A stretch of DNA of 64,000 nucleotides, from NCBI GenBank assembly GCA_963827165.1, contig CAWGZR010000005.1:864001-928000 (forward strand). The letters are read 5' to 3'. How positions within the stretch are numbered: position 1 is the first letter of the stretch; each line of letters starts with the position of its first letter. Source of the stretch: Candidatus Bathyarchaeota archaeon. Its GTDB lineage: Archaea; Thermoproteota; Bathyarchaeia; Bathyarchaeales; Bathycorpusculaceae. The position numbers and the translations under genes were made by a program. The notes under the pieces are model-generated. The model was not told the origin of the DNA and ran no database searches. It was given only the letters and a program-made list of their open reading frames with translations. This document shows, piece after piece, positions 21,511-31,820 of the stretch.

Positions 21511-21590
21511 AGGTTGAGTCTGTAATAGTCAGAAATAGTCTTTAATAGTCAATAGTAGTCTAAAATAGTCAATAATAGTCAACAAAAGCC
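21511..21590 (+). repeat. 10-bp-periodic direct repeat array, consensus NNNAATAGTC
   Basis: AGTC ends at 21520, 21530, 21540, 21550, 21560, 21570 and 21580, with AGCC at 21590. Confidence 0.92.
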
Positions 21591-21621
21591 AAAGAAAATA
21601 AACATTAAACGGAGACAAGCC

Positions 21622-21890
21622 ATGCCGTTAGATCAAAACGTAACCTTCCCAGCCGTACTTGAAAAAGGAAACAGAGCACAAATTCCAAAAACAATCGTAT
21701 GGCAATTCAAAATGGAATCCACCCAAACCCTCCAAGTCGCTATAAGTGGGCGAGGCGGCTACGAAAATTTCTGCGCAAAAAATGGGCAAAGACGGTGCAT
21801 ATACGTTCCGAAAAATATTCTATTCACGTTATTTGGAAAAGCGGGCAATCTAACAGGTACGCTGTGGAAATAACGATTCAGCCCGCTTAA
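21622..21890 (+). CDS. small tandem AbrB/SpoVT-fold (MraZ-like) DNA-binding protein, with indels
   Basis: GGAGA RBS; FPAVLEKGNRAQIPK, then after indel correction FCAKMGKDGRIYVPK; C-terminus GYAVEITIQPA lies in the 21699..21890 frame. Confidence 0.62.
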
Positions 21891-21955
21891 AAGGTTCCGA
21901 GAGGTTACGAATGTTTTATCAATTAATTCCGCAATAGATACCGCTGCGAAACCTC

Positions 21956-22514
21956 TTGCAATACAAAACCGCTGCGTTGAAGAATGGGCGAACCGCGCAT
22001 TTGAGTTGGCTAGAGGAACCTGAGCTGCCCTGAACTCGTCGAGGCGTTAAACAGTGTGATTCGGGAACAAAGGTACCTGCTGCAACTCCGCGAGATACAT
22101 GACCTGTTAGCAGAGCAGCGGTGGTTTCTGGAAACCCGGGAAGAAGGAATGCGCTACCTCGTTGCCAAATTGGAGGGCAAAATAGTGGGCGGAGCAACCC
22201 TGACCCCTCTCACAGGTAAAAGAGAACACATCGCCGAATTCGGCATCTTCATAACCCAAAGCTACCGTAACCTTGGACTCGGAACCATCCTTACAAAGGC
22301 GCTAATCGAAGTCTCCCGCAAGAGCGGATTCGAAATCATCCAACTCTCTTTATTCTCTAACAACAAGCGAGCTAGACACGTCTACAAAAAATGCGGCTTC
22401 AAAAAAGCTGGAAAGCTTACCGACGACATCAAATTCCCAGACGGAACCTACACAGACACAATCATAATGGAAAAAATTTTACATCAAATAAAATCCAAGA
22501 AAAATAAGCCTTAA
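21956..22514 (+). CDS. GNAT family N-acetyltransferase, with a frameshift at about 22030
   Basis: FGIFITQSYRNLGLGT and NKRARHVYKKCGF motifs; upstream frame LQYKTAALKNGRTAHLSWLEEPELP joins ELVEALNSVIRE after a one-base correction. Confidence 0.85.
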
Positions 22515-22622
22515 TCCTCCAAGATTTTAGCAAACAACTAGAGCTCGCGGCATTAGTCGAAGGACTGGACAAATAGCAAACCTTGAAACGGAAGGCGAAC
22601 GAAAAGAATACAACTTAAAACT

Positions 22623-23033
22623 TCACCTATTACGCTGCAATTCTTCTTCTTCGCTTGCCAAAACTCTGATTTCTGCTTCAAACTGATTTGTTTCTTCAAA
22701 ATTATGTCTCATCAAACGCACATAATCGTTTAACGTGACCTTGGAAAATATATGTTCACTAGCAACATATTCATTGCCTCTGAGTTTTGCATATAGATTT
22801 TGCATAGACATAATCTCAAGATATTTGGCCCCCAAACCCAAAAGCCTCTTCAAAGCTTCAGAAAAAACGTTTATTTTGTTTGGGATTTCTTGTTTTTTAA
22901 TGTTGAATTTCGTTTCTATGTAAATGTATGTTGCTTTTTTTGGTTTTTCACCTAAGGACGAAAGTGCCTCATCAATTGATTCAAGCAGTAATTCATTGAA
23001 CTTACTTTCACTTAAGGCGGTTTGCGAAGCCAT
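22623..23033 (-). CDS. small helical protein resembling DUF3227/Nitrosopumilus output domain
   Basis: LLESIDEALSSLGE...EIP.KI..F..AL..LLG.GA..LE pattern. Confidence 0.62.
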   Translation of the reverse strand: MASQTALSESKFNELLLESIDEALSSLGEKPKKATYIYIETKFNIKKQEIPNKINVFSEALKRLLGLGAKYLEIMSMQNLYAKLRGNEYVASEHIFSKVTLNDYVRLMRHNFEETNQFEAEIRVLASEEEELQRNR

Positions 23034-23278
23034 TGGTAGCCCAGTTCTCGGGTTATTTGCTCGGAAAACTATATAGAATTTATGAATCTCAAATATGACG
23101 TGTTCCTAAACTAATCGAGTTTAATTCCATTTTTCCTCTTTCTTGTTGTTAGTGGTACATTGCAACGCACAAATAATTCCCTTACAGTACATTTGGGCTG
23201 TAGAAAACTTTGGAAACTCGGATGAATTTTTCCTCCGTTTCCCATGTGTGTTGCTGTTTTTATGGCTTTTGCGGTTTT

Positions 23279-24139
23279 TTAGGCGGTTTGCATCATCGGC
23301 GCTTTTTCTGGGGGCATCATTTTTCCTTCTACGAATGCGAGTAGATCTTCGTTGACTTGTTGTTTGTGCGTGGTGCACATGCCGTGGGGGGCGCCCGGGT
23401 AAACTTTTAGAGTTGCGTTTTTGATGATTTTGGATGAAAGCATCGCTGAGTCAGCGATTGGGACAATTTGGTCGGCGTCGCCATGCAGAATCATCGTTGG
23501 CACATCGATTCTTTTCAAGTCTTCAGTCATGTCAGTTTCCGAGAAGGCTTTGACACAGAAATAAGCAGCGGGGAACCCAGCCATCATCCCCATATGCCAG
23601 AACCAGTCTCGAACTTCCTGGGAAATCTGCGCGCCGGGTAGATTGTACCCGAAGAACGGCATACTCAGGTCCCTGAAGAATTTCGATCTATCGGCAACGA
23701 TAGCTGCGCGTTGTTGGTCAAAAATCTCAATTGGTAAACCGCCTGGGTTCGCCGCAGTTTTCAGCATCAGGGGTGGCACTGCGCCGATTAGTACGGCTTT
23801 TGATACGCGTTTGGTTCCGTGTCTTCCTATGTAGCGGGCAACTTCGCCGCCGCCTGTTGAGTGCCCTACTAAAACTGCGTTTTTGATGTTGAGTTTCTCC
23901 ATGAGTTCGGAGAGATCGTCGGCGTATGTATCCATGTCGTTCCCTTCCCAGGGTTGGGTTGAGCGTCCGTGTCCGCGTCGATCATGGGCTATGCAGCGGT
24001 AACCGTGGGATGCGAGGAAAAACATTTGGTCTTCAAAAGCATCTGAGTTAAGCGGCCAACCGTGGCAGAAAACTATCGGCTGTCCACTGCCCCAATCTTT
24101 GTAGAAAAGTTCAGCGCCATTGACAATTATTTTTGCCAT
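23279..24139 (-). CDS. non-heme chloroperoxidase/arylesterase-type alpha/beta hydrolase
   Basis: [27 protein letters not shown] nucleophile elbow, HGDADQIVP and GAPHG motifs. Confidence 0.92.
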   Translation of the reverse strand: MAKIIVNGAELFYKDWGSGQPIVFCHGWPLNSDAFEDQMFFLASHGYRCIAHDRRGHGRSTQPWEGNDMDTYADDLSELMEKLNIKNAVLVGHSTGGGEVARYIGRHGTKRVSKAVLIGAVPPLMLKTAANPGGLPIEIFDQQRAAIVADRSKFFRDLSMPFFGYNLPGAQISQEVRDWFWHMGMMAGFPAAYFCVKAFSETDMTEDLKRIDVPTMILHGDADQIVPIADSAMLSSKIIKNATLKVYPGAPHGMCTTHKQQVNEDLLAFVEGKMMPPEKAPMMQTA

Positions 24140-24295
24140 TTCGAAAAACTCCTTTTTTCAATCAGAAGAAGCCCAGCAACGGATTTTAGGGTATGTTGGT
24201 TCAGCTTGCAGTCACAACTGAGTGTTTTCGTGGTTTTTGCGCAAAAAATATATCTTTGCTTGGCTTCTTCGATGGGGGTTAAAGGGTAAGGCTAA

Positions 24296-25810
24296 TTGTC
24301 CAAACAAGTTAAAACTCGAACGGTAGAAGAGATTAACGAGAAAATCCGCAAGGGCGACGCGCAGGTTTTAACCGCTGAAGAGATGAAGCAGTTGGTGGAA
24401 AGCAGCGGAGTTGAGGTTGCATTTAAAGAAGTTGATGTGGTTACAACTGGAACTTTCGGCGCCATGTGCAGCAGCGGAGCAGTTATTAACCTTGGGCATT
24501 CTGATCCGCCCATCAAAATTGACCATGCTTGGATGAATGATGTGGAAGTTTGTCACCCGGGAGCCGCAGTGGACCTTTACATCGGGGCAACTAACATGTC
24601 CCTTAAGCAGCCGTTTGAGTACGGCGGAGGACACGTCATCCAAGAACTCGTGGCGGGAAAAGAAGTTGAACTTAGGGCGACGGCTTACGGAACCGACTGC
24701 TACCCCCGTACCCAGCTTAAAACCAACATTACAAAGGATGACCTTAACCAGTTTCAGCTCCTTAACTTCCGAAACTGCTACCAACGCTACAACTGCGCAG
24801 TCAACACCAGCGAAGAAACAATTTACACTTACATGAGCAAGCTTTTGCCAAGGATGCGAAACGCCACATTTTCTGGTGCAGGCGAATTGAACCCCCTTAT
24901 GAATGATCCTGACTACGAAACCATTGGCATGGGCACCCGAATCTTCCTCGGCGGCGGACAAGGCTACGTCATCGGCGAGGGAACCCAGCATAGCCCCAAA
25001 AATCTTAATGGCACCCTGATGGTGAAGGGAGACGCGAAGAAGATGTCTCCTGAGTTTTTGCAGGGCGGTGCATTCACAAGGTATGGCACATCCATGTACG
25101 TCGGATTAGGAATCCCAATCCCCATTTTGAACGAGGGTTTAGCGAAGAAAACTGGGATTCGGGACAGCGAAATCTTCACCGACGTGGTCGACTACAGCGT
25201 GCCACGCCGAGACCGCCCCAAACTTAAGCAGGTAAGCTACAAAGAACTCAAATCTGGTTCAATAACCGTCAACGACAAAAAAATAAGGGTCAGCAGCCTT
25301 TCTAGCATAAAGATGGCGAAAAAGGTTAGCCAGACACTGAAATCATGGATTGAAGACGGCTCTTTCTTTCTGACTTCTCCCATTGAACGTTTGCCTATTA
25401 ACAGCGTGTTTAAGCCAATGCGTCAGACCGAAGAAATTCCGTTTGTTGTCAACGTTATGCATCATGCGGTCACATGCACTGAGGAAGAAGAGATCCGCGC
25501 CATTGCGGAGCGCATCGTCACGAAATCGGTTAACCACATCGTTGTCATTGACACGGCAGGCAAACTTCGCGGCATAGTGACCTCGTGGGACATCACAAGA
25601 GCCATGGCTGAAGGCAAAAAAGCTTTAGCCGACATCGAAACCCACAACGTCTTCACCGCTAAACCAGACGAGCCGCTTGAGGTAGCTTCTAAACGTATGG
25701 CGCAGCACAACATCTCTGCGTTGCCGGTGGTGGACATGGAGACGAAGGTGCTGGGAATTGTAACTTCGGAAGATGTTTCTAAACTTTTAGGACGGGAAAA
25801 GCCATGGTGA
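24296..25810 (+). CDS. L-aspartate semialdehyde sulfurtransferase (DUF39 plus CBS pair; MA1821/MJ0100 type)
   Basis: RTVEEINEKI, VDVVTTGTFGAMCSSG and GIPIPILNE motifs; C-terminal CBS pair. Confidence 0.92.
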   Translation: MSKQVKTRTVEEINEKIRKGDAQVLTAEEMKQLVESSGVEVAFKEVDVVTTGTFGAMCSSGAVINLGHSDPPIKIDHAWMNDVEVCHPGAAVDLYIGATNMSLKQPFEYGGGHVIQELVAGKEVELRATAYGTDCYPRTQLKTNITKDDLNQFQLLNFRNCYQRYNCAVNTSEETIYTYMSKLLPRMRNATFSGAGELNPLMNDPDYETIGMGTRIFLGGGQGYVIGEGTQHSPKNLNGTLMVKGDAKKMSPEFLQGGAFTRYGTSMYVGLGIPIPILNEGLAKKTGIRDSEIFTDVVDYSVPRRDRPKLKQVSYKELKSGSITVNDKKIRVSSLSSIKMAKKVSQTLKSWIEDGSFFLTSPIERLPINSVFKPMRQTEEIPFVVNVMHHAVTCTEEEEIRAIAERIVTKSVNHIVVIDTAGKLRGIVTSWDITRAMAEGKKALADIETHNVFTAKPDEPLEVASKRMAQHNISALPVVDMETKVLGIVTSEDVSKLLGREKPW

Positions 25811-26238
25811 GACTTCTCTTACGATTCACGGAAGAGCAGGTACCTGAGCCTGTAACCAGCCAAATAATCTTAGAATACAAAGTGCCAATCGCAATATTGG
25901 TCGCTCACGTAAACTCCAAAGGCGGAGAAATCCTTGCTGAAATCCCAGACAAAGACCAAGAAAGAATAGTTAAAGCTTTCAGAGAAAGAGGCGTCAGCGT
26001 AACCATCCCCAAACTCATCGAGGTAGACACCGAGAAATGCTTCAGCTGCGGCTCATGCGTCGCGCTTTGCCCCGTGGAAGCCATAAAAGTCGAGAAAGAC
26101 TTCACCATAAAGTTTGACAAGGAAAAATGCCTCGGCAGCACCTGCAGCATCTGCGTGGACGCTTGCCCGGCAAGAGCCATAAAATCTGTCAAGCAAACCA
26201 ACGGGGATCAATCAGCCCACAAGGCAAAGCAAAGTTGA
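25804..26238 (+). CDS. NIL-domain ferredoxin (MA1822 type)
   Basis: NIL-like N-terminus; CFSCGSCVALCP and CLGSTCSICVDACP motifs; overlaps the upstream gene. Confidence 0.9.
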   Translation: MVRLLLRFTEEQVPEPVTSQIILEYKVPIAILVAHVNSKGGEILAEIPDKDQERIVKAFRERGVSVTIPKLIEVDTEKCFSCGSCVALCPVEAIKVEKDFTIKFDKEKCLGSTCSICVDACPARAIKSVKQTNGDQSAHKAKQS

Positions 26239-26939
26239 CAAAAAACCTCATCAAACACAGCTTCAGACAAGAAGAGTCTATGTGCACCATAATTTCTGAC
26301 AAGCCGCAAGGCGTAGAGGCAGCCATAGAATCCGTCAGCCACAGCCGAAGGGAACTCGAAATTTATATAAAAGCAAACCCCAGGTTCCTCTATGCTCTCA
26401 AGCCGTACCAGCCACCGCAGAAGCCTCTGGTAGCGAAATTGATGGCCAAAGCCGCGGGGAAGGCAGGGGTCGGCCCTATGGCAGCCGTTGCGGGGGCAAT
26501 AGCGGATTTGGCCGTCGCAGAGATGAAGCGCGTGGGATGCGAGGTGGCGGTGGTGGAGGACGGAGGAGAAATTTCTGCAGCTTCAAACGTGCCTGTAGAC
26601 GTGGCAGTCGCTGCTGGAGACGAACCGTTGTCGAGGCGCTTTGGCTTTCGGCTTACAGAATTTCCCATCGGTGTCGCGACAAGTTCAGGACGATTCAGCC
26701 ACGCTCTAAGTTTCGGGGATGCTGAGGCCGCCACGGTTTTCTGCAAGAACGCCTGTTTGGCGGATGCGGCAGCCACAGCTGTCGGCAATGCAGTCAAGGG
26801 CTCCGAAGCAGACGCGGGGATTAAGGCGGGTATCAAACGGGGAATGAGCATCAAAGGTGTCGAAAGCGTTTTGATAATTTATAAAGGAAAGGTTGGAATG
26901 GCGGGTAAAATCCCCGAAATAATCAAGATAAAAACCTAA
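26235..26939 (+). CDS. ApbE-like UPF0280 (COG2122) sulfur-assimilation protein
   Basis: VGPMAAVAGAIAD, EDGGEI, TSSG and ADAAATAVGN motifs; TTG start in a TTGA overlap with the ferredoxin stop. Confidence 0.88.
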   Translation: MTKNLIKHSFRQEESMCTIISDKPQGVEAAIESVSHSRRELEIYIKANPRFLYALKPYQPPQKPLVAKLMAKAAGKAGVGPMAAVAGAIADLAVAEMKRVGCEVAVVEDGGEISAASNVPVDVAVAAGDEPLSRRFGFRLTEFPIGVATSSGRFSHALSFGDAEAATVFCKNACLADAAATAVGNAVKGSEADAGIKAGIKRGMSIKGVESVLIIYKGKVGMAGKIPEIIKIKT

Positions 26940-27146
26940 AACTGGTATGCGCCCCTTTTTGCGGAATCTTTCGGTTTGGGAGCCTCGCTCGTTTGATTCT
27001 TGGGTTCTTGACGGGTTTCACTGATTCTTCTTCGGTCGGTTTTTTTTGAAAATACGTAAGCTTAAAGAACTTTGCCTGGCAAGAAGAGCCGCATAAAAGC
27101 AGACAAGATACCGCGCCCCAAAAAACTTTGAAGCCAGCTGAACAGC

Positions 27147-29267
27147 ATGCCCAAACCCTTAAACTTGAACAAAACAGCCACGCTGGTTCTAATGGTCCTT
27201 CTACTTCTCAGCTGTTTCACTAGTGCCCTAACCTTCACAAATGGGCAACAACCGAGTTTTCCTACGCAGCCTATTGGTTCCGCAGCTGAAATTGCATCTT
27301 TGGAAGTCAACATAACAGCCAATGGCGGCTGGAACAGTAGTTTGCAAACAATTTATGACGGGATCACTCTGGGTCAAACCACGGTGGCGGATCTTCAAGA
27401 TGCGGTCGATTCGGTCAACATCACCTCGACTTCTGCGGCTGAAACCGTGTTCTACTGGTACTTTGAACTAAGCAAATTCGGGGTTCCCATCAACGCGACA
27501 ACTATTGAGGCAGCGCTAAATGAAACGACTATGTTGCCTGGCATCGGCGGGTTACCCGACGATTATTCTAACTCGGGCACCGCGTCTTTTCTCGTTTACG
27601 AGCGGTACGATTTGTTCGCGTATCGATGGGCCGACCAGCTGGGTTATGAAACATCCAAATGGAATCTCACTCAGGCGTACACTGTATTTAACAAAGGTGT
27701 AGCTGACTATGGTAAACCTGTTCTTTGTGTAGGGTCTAACGGGCAGGGTTGGGGAATAAGTTACGGACCGAGGTACTACGATGAAAGCGCTGAAACGATT
27801 GATATATATCTGACTTTTTGGCTCCTCGGAGTATCTGACGCGCTTTCTCAGGCTCAGTACTGGTGGAATTGGGTTAGCGCCAACCTTTGGGATACAACGG
27901 GCTACCCCCTAGGAAGCTTTTACAAATACGCGCTTGATTGGACAGCTTTTGAATGCGAAGCTGGCAGCTTTGACCAGATTATCTCGAAGCTCTACTACTA
28001 TGACCCAACCATCTCAAATATGACCAATTTGTATACTGACATGGAAACTAGGTGGCTTAGCCAAAACTGGAGCAGCCCCGGATGGCTTAACTATGTCAGC
28101 GTTCATGCTACGGGCGTCGGTAGTGGCGGGGGCAACTCACAGGAGCGTCTTGAGAACACTATATCAGCTTGGGCTGCTATGATAGGATTTTACGGCAACA
28201 TGACAAGTACGATGCAGAGCCAGGTGGACGGCATGTTAGACGGTTCGACAGGTCCAGCCCCAGCGTGGAGTTTACTTTTCCAAAGTGAACTTTACGATAA
28301 CTTCACAGGCATGTTCATGTTGCAATCTTCCGCATCCGACAGCATCGAGGCAACTGCGGACGCAGCCGTACTGATAATGCTCCTGTCAACAGTCCCGGTG
28401 AACGGGTCTTTAGCTGTACCAATGGCTGATTCCTGGTACGAGGATATCAACAACATTATTGACGGCGGAATCAGCAACATAAATTATACTAGCCAAACTG
28501 TTACGGTAAGTGTTGCACAACCGGGAACTTTCCTTTCGATGTTTGGAACAAACATTTTCGAGTACAACTTAGACAGCTCTGGGGTTTGGCAACTGACATT
28601 CTCAAACGACTGGAACAGCATTATCTCTGAAACTCTTTTGACGCCGCTTCCCAGTTCAAGAATCTATCTTGGAACAACCAACGTAGGCGCCCTTACGATT
28701 TTTGCCTCAAACGACGGCAACAGCACGATAAATCCCTCGGGCATAGTCAGCATAAACTATGGCGGCAACCAAACATTCACTTACTCCGCTGACGGCGGCT
28801 ACACAATTAATCAAGTTTTAGTTAACGGCTTCTCAGTCCCCATAACAGGAAACTACACTTTTACAGATGTTCAGATGAACCAGACTATTTCCGTATCAAG
28901 TTCTCCAGTTCCAATCCCAACGCCCAGTCCAACTCCTTTGCCTTCATCGACGCCGACCCCCTCGCCAACTCCTTTCCAGAGTCCCTTGCCAACCCCCTCT
29001 CCAACGCAGAATCCCTCACCGATACCAACTCTCTCCCCCACAGCCAGCCCAACCCCCTCGCCAACGCAAACTCCAACGTCCTCGCCAACTCTGACCCCGA
29101 CCTCAACCTCTGCCCCGTCAAAGTCGAGCTCCTCGCTGCTCTCTATTCCATTGCCGGAATTTTTGGGAGTCCTAATCTTTGTAGCTGCAGTTCTTTTCTT
29201 CTCAATGTTAATGCTTTACGTCAAATCGCGGAAAAATGGTTTGGCGATTGAAAAAAAGCAGCTTTAG
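27147..29267 (+). CDS. secreted surface glycoprotein: aromatic-rich helical domain, InlB-B/Flg_new-like repeat, Pro/Thr/Ser linker, PEF-TM-basic tail
   Basis: Signal peptide; many N-X-S/T sequons; [34 protein letters not shown]; [10 protein letters not shown]...KSRK. Confidence 0.82.
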   Translation: MPKPLNLNKTATLVLMVLLLLSCFTSALTFTNGQQPSFPTQPIGSAAEIASLEVNITANGGWNSSLQTIYDGITLGQTTVADLQDAVDSVNITSTSAAETVFYWYFELSKFGVPINATTIEAALNETTMLPGIGGLPDDYSNSGTASFLVYERYDLFAYRWADQLGYETSKWNLTQAYTVFNKGVADYGKPVLCVGSNGQGWGISYGPRYYDESAETIDIYLTFWLLGVSDALSQAQYWWNWVSANLWDTTGYPLGSFYKYALDWTAFECEAGSFDQIISKLYYYDPTISNMTNLYTDMETRWLSQNWSSPGWLNYVSVHATGVGSGGGNSQERLENTISAWAAMIGFYGNMTSTMQSQVDGMLDGSTGPAPAWSLLFQSELYDNFTGMFMLQSSASDSIEATADAAVLIMLLSTVPVNGSLAVPMADSWYEDINNIIDGGISNINYTSQTVTVSVAQPGTFLSMFGTNIFEYNLDSSGVWQLTFSNDWNSIISETLLTPLPSSRIYLGTTNVGALTIFASNDGNSTINPSGIVSINYGGNQTFTYSADGGYTINQVLVNGFSVPITGNYTFTDVQMNQTISVSSSPVPIPTPSPTPLPSSTPTPSPTPFQSPLPTPSPTQNPSPIPTLSPTASPTPSPTQTPTSSPTLTPTSTSAPSKSSSSLLSIPLPEFLGVLIFVAAVLFFSMLMLYVKSRKNGLAIEKKQL
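28900..29125 (+). repeat. coding low-complexity repeat (PTPS/PTP linker)
   Basis: Repeated CCAAC/CCCTC units encoding [21 protein letters not shown]. Confidence 0.8.
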
Positions 29268-29454
29268 CCAGCTTTTTTGAAGCACGTGATGAGGAGGCGT
29301 TTTCGAAGGCGGAAACCTCGGAGGTTAAAACATAAACGCGATGTTTCTGCGGGTCTAAAACGGCTGTTCTAGCCGTTGGAAAACGGTGAAACCCCGTTTG
29401 GTTTATGAAAACTCTTAAATTATACAATTCCCAACTGAATGCAAGGTCTCTTTC

Positions 29455-30468
29455 ATGTCATCAGACACTAACAAGTGTGAAATCCAAAGCTATGACGATA
29501 AAGAAAAAATGTTCCTTGTTAAGTCACCCAACGGAAACGTCGTGAAGGTTCAGGACACCTTTGCAGAAATGTTCCCTCTTTGGGTTGGAAGAGTTTTAAT
29601 CACAGCTCAAAATGAGAAATGGGCACTTATCGCCGCCAGCTTAACCACCGGTTTCGCCACAAGCGTCATTGAGGCGACTGCTGAAGCAGCAATAGAGAGG
29701 CCTGTTCCAGCTGACCAAACCCCTGACAAGCGACCCGGTATACTTATTCAAATTTATAATCGCGATCGTTTTGAACTCAAACATCAGCTCATGCAGCGTA
29801 TTGGCCAATGCACTTTGACGTGCCCAACAACCTCTGCTTTCAACGGTTTAGTCGGTAAACGCACATTAGATGTTGGTAATAGTCTTCGCTACTTCGGCGA
29901 CGGGTACCAGAGAAAAGCCATGGTTGGCGGAAGAAAATGCTGGAAAATTCCCGTGATGGAAGGCGAATTCATAGTTGAAAACGGTTTTGGCGCTATGGAG
30001 GCAGTTGCAGGCGGCAACTTCATGATTTTTGCGAAAGATCAGCCTTCAGGATTGAAGGCGGCTGAAGCAGCAGCAGACGCAATCCGTGCAAACGCTCCTG
30101 ACGTAATCATGCAGTTCCCCGGTGGAGTCTGCCGGGCAGGAAGCAAAGCTGGCTCGCTCAAATACAAACTTAAAGCTTCAACTAACCACCCGTATTGCCC
30201 AACACTTCGTACACTTGTTCCCGACACGGTCGTTCCAGAGGGCGTAAACTGCGTTTACGAAATCGTCATGAACGGGTTGACTTTGGATGCTGTGAAGAAA
30301 GGCATGAAAGAGGGTGTAACCGCGGCTCTAGGCGTGTCAGGTGTGGTCAAGATTTCGTCTGGCAACTACGGTGGAAAACTGGGTCCCTTCAAGGCTTACC
30401 TTCGGGAAGCCATTGGTGCTCCAATGCCCGAGCCAGCGCCGGCACCGCCAGCAAAGGCTAAAGCCTAA
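29455..30468 (+). CDS. ftr: formylmethanofuran--tetrahydromethanopterin N-formyltransferase
   Basis: DTFAEMF, TGFATSVI, TPDKRPG, RIGQCTLTCPT, FGDGYQ, GGNF, ASTNHPYCPTL and GNYGGKLG motifs. Confidence 0.95.
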   Translation: MSSDTNKCEIQSYDDKEKMFLVKSPNGNVVKVQDTFAEMFPLWVGRVLITAQNEKWALIAASLTTGFATSVIEATAEAAIERPVPADQTPDKRPGILIQIYNRDRFELKHQLMQRIGQCTLTCPTTSAFNGLVGKRTLDVGNSLRYFGDGYQRKAMVGGRKCWKIPVMEGEFIVENGFGAMEAVAGGNFMIFAKDQPSGLKAAEAAADAIRANAPDVIMQFPGGVCRAGSKAGSLKYKLKASTNHPYCPTLRTLVPDTVVPEGVNCVYEIVMNGLTLDAVKKGMKEGVTAALGVSGVVKISSGNYGGKLGPFKAYLREAIGAPMPEPAPAPPAKAKA

Positions 30469-30551
30469 CGTTCCGTTTTTGCGTCGGAACTTTTATTTGG
30501 TTCCTTTTAACGTTAGTTATTCCGATTAAAGACAGAATTTAGTGAAGTTGT

Positions 30552-31820
30552 TTGAGTACAGCCAAAAAATCGTCTCTTGAACTATTCCGCCTGCGAAAAA
30601 TGCTCAATTCCTTAGCGAATAAAGAGGGTAGCCACACTGAACTCATCACAGTTTATGTACCGCCAGGCAAGCAAATCAGCGATGCCTTAAACCTTCTTCG
30701 CAACGAATACGGAACGGCAAGCAACATAAAATCGAACGTTACACGTAAAAACGTACTGGACGCCATTACCAAGGCGCAGCAGAAACTCAAGCTCTTCAAA
30801 GACCCGGGCGAAAAAGGCATAGTTATCTTTACAGGTGCACTTCTACCGGAAGGTGGAGGACCAGGCACCGAACGCATGGAAGCATACGTTATTGTTCCAC
30901 CTGAGCCGATCAAGATTTTCCTATATCGCTGTGACTCACGTTTCCACACTGAGCATCTGCAGGAGATGCTGCGGGAGAAAGAAACATACGGTATCTTATT
31001 GGTGGATGCCAACAATGCCACCATCGCAACCCTGCAGGGCAAACGGCTAGACATCGTACGTCAAATGCATTCGGGCGTCACAGGTAAAACTAAAGCAGGT
31101 GGGCAGTCAGCTAGGCGATATGAACGTTTGCGGGACATGCAGCTTAATGAGTATTTTACCCGTGTTGCCGCTCATGCGGACGAAACTTTCCTGCCTATTG
31201 ACACTCTGAAAGGGATTATTCTTGGTGGTCCTGGTCCGACAAAATATGATTTTGAGAAAGGTAGCTACTTGAACTATCAGCTTAAAGACAAAATTCTCGA
31301 TATCGTTGACACTGCCTACGTGGAAGAGCAAGGCGTTAAAGAAGTTATGGACAAAGCACCTGAAATCATGAAGAAAGTTCGTTACATTGAAGAAAAAGCG
31401 ATTATGCAGAAATTTCTCTATGAAGTGGGCCACGACACGGGAATGATAACGTATGGCGAAGCTGAAGTTAGACGACTCCTTCAAGCTGGTGCAGTGCGTC
31501 TGCTTATTATGTCTGAAAGCTTGGATTTGGTTCGCGTTACCGTCAAATGCAGCGCATGCGGTTACGAGGAGCAGCACACCGTAAAAGCCCAGGACTTGGC
31601 GGCTTTCGAACAAGGACTCATCGGCAAACCCTGTGCAAAATGCAGCGCGCCATCCATGACAATTTCGGATAAGAAGGATGTTGTCGATGACTTGGGCGAA
31701 CTCGCAGAACTCTCCAACACGGACGTCGAAGTTGTTTCGACTGAGACTGAAGAGGGACAGATGCTTAAGAACGCTTTCGGCGGCATTGCTGCAATGCTTA
31801 GATTTAAACAGCAATCATAG
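30552..31820 (+). CDS. prf1: archaeal peptide chain release factor aRF1
   Basis: ASNIKS, YRCDSRF and AGGQSARR motifs; CxxC..CxxC minidomain insert; FGGIAAMLRF. Confidence 0.96.
   Translation: MSTAKKSSLELFRLRKMLNSLANKEGSHTELITVYVPPGKQISDALNLLRNEYGTASNIKSNVTRKNVLDAITKAQQKLKLFKDPGEKGIVIFTGALLPEGGGPGTERMEAYVIVPPEPIKIFLYRCDSRFHTEHLQEMLREKETYGILLVDANNATIATLQGKRLDIVRQMHSGVTGKTKAGGQSARRYERLRDMQLNEYFTRVAAHADETFLPIDTLKGIILGGPGPTKYDFEKGSYLNYQLKDKILDIVDTAYVEEQGVKEVMDKAPEIMKKVRYIEEKAIMQKFLYEVGHDTGMITYGEAEVRRLLQAGAVRLLIMSESLDLVRVTVKCSACGYEEQHTVKAQDLAAFEQGLIGKPCAKCSAPSMTISDKKDVVDDLGELAELSNTDVEVVSTETEEGQMLKNAFGGIAAMLRFKQQS

Noticed and set aside
21511-21590. CRISPR array
   Set aside because: The unit is only 10 bp with no 30-40 bp spacers, and no cas genes are present
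29355-29400. Twin AACGG...CCGTT palindromes upstream of ftr
   Set aside because: Short arms with unequal spacers; cannot be told apart from chance or terminator hairpins
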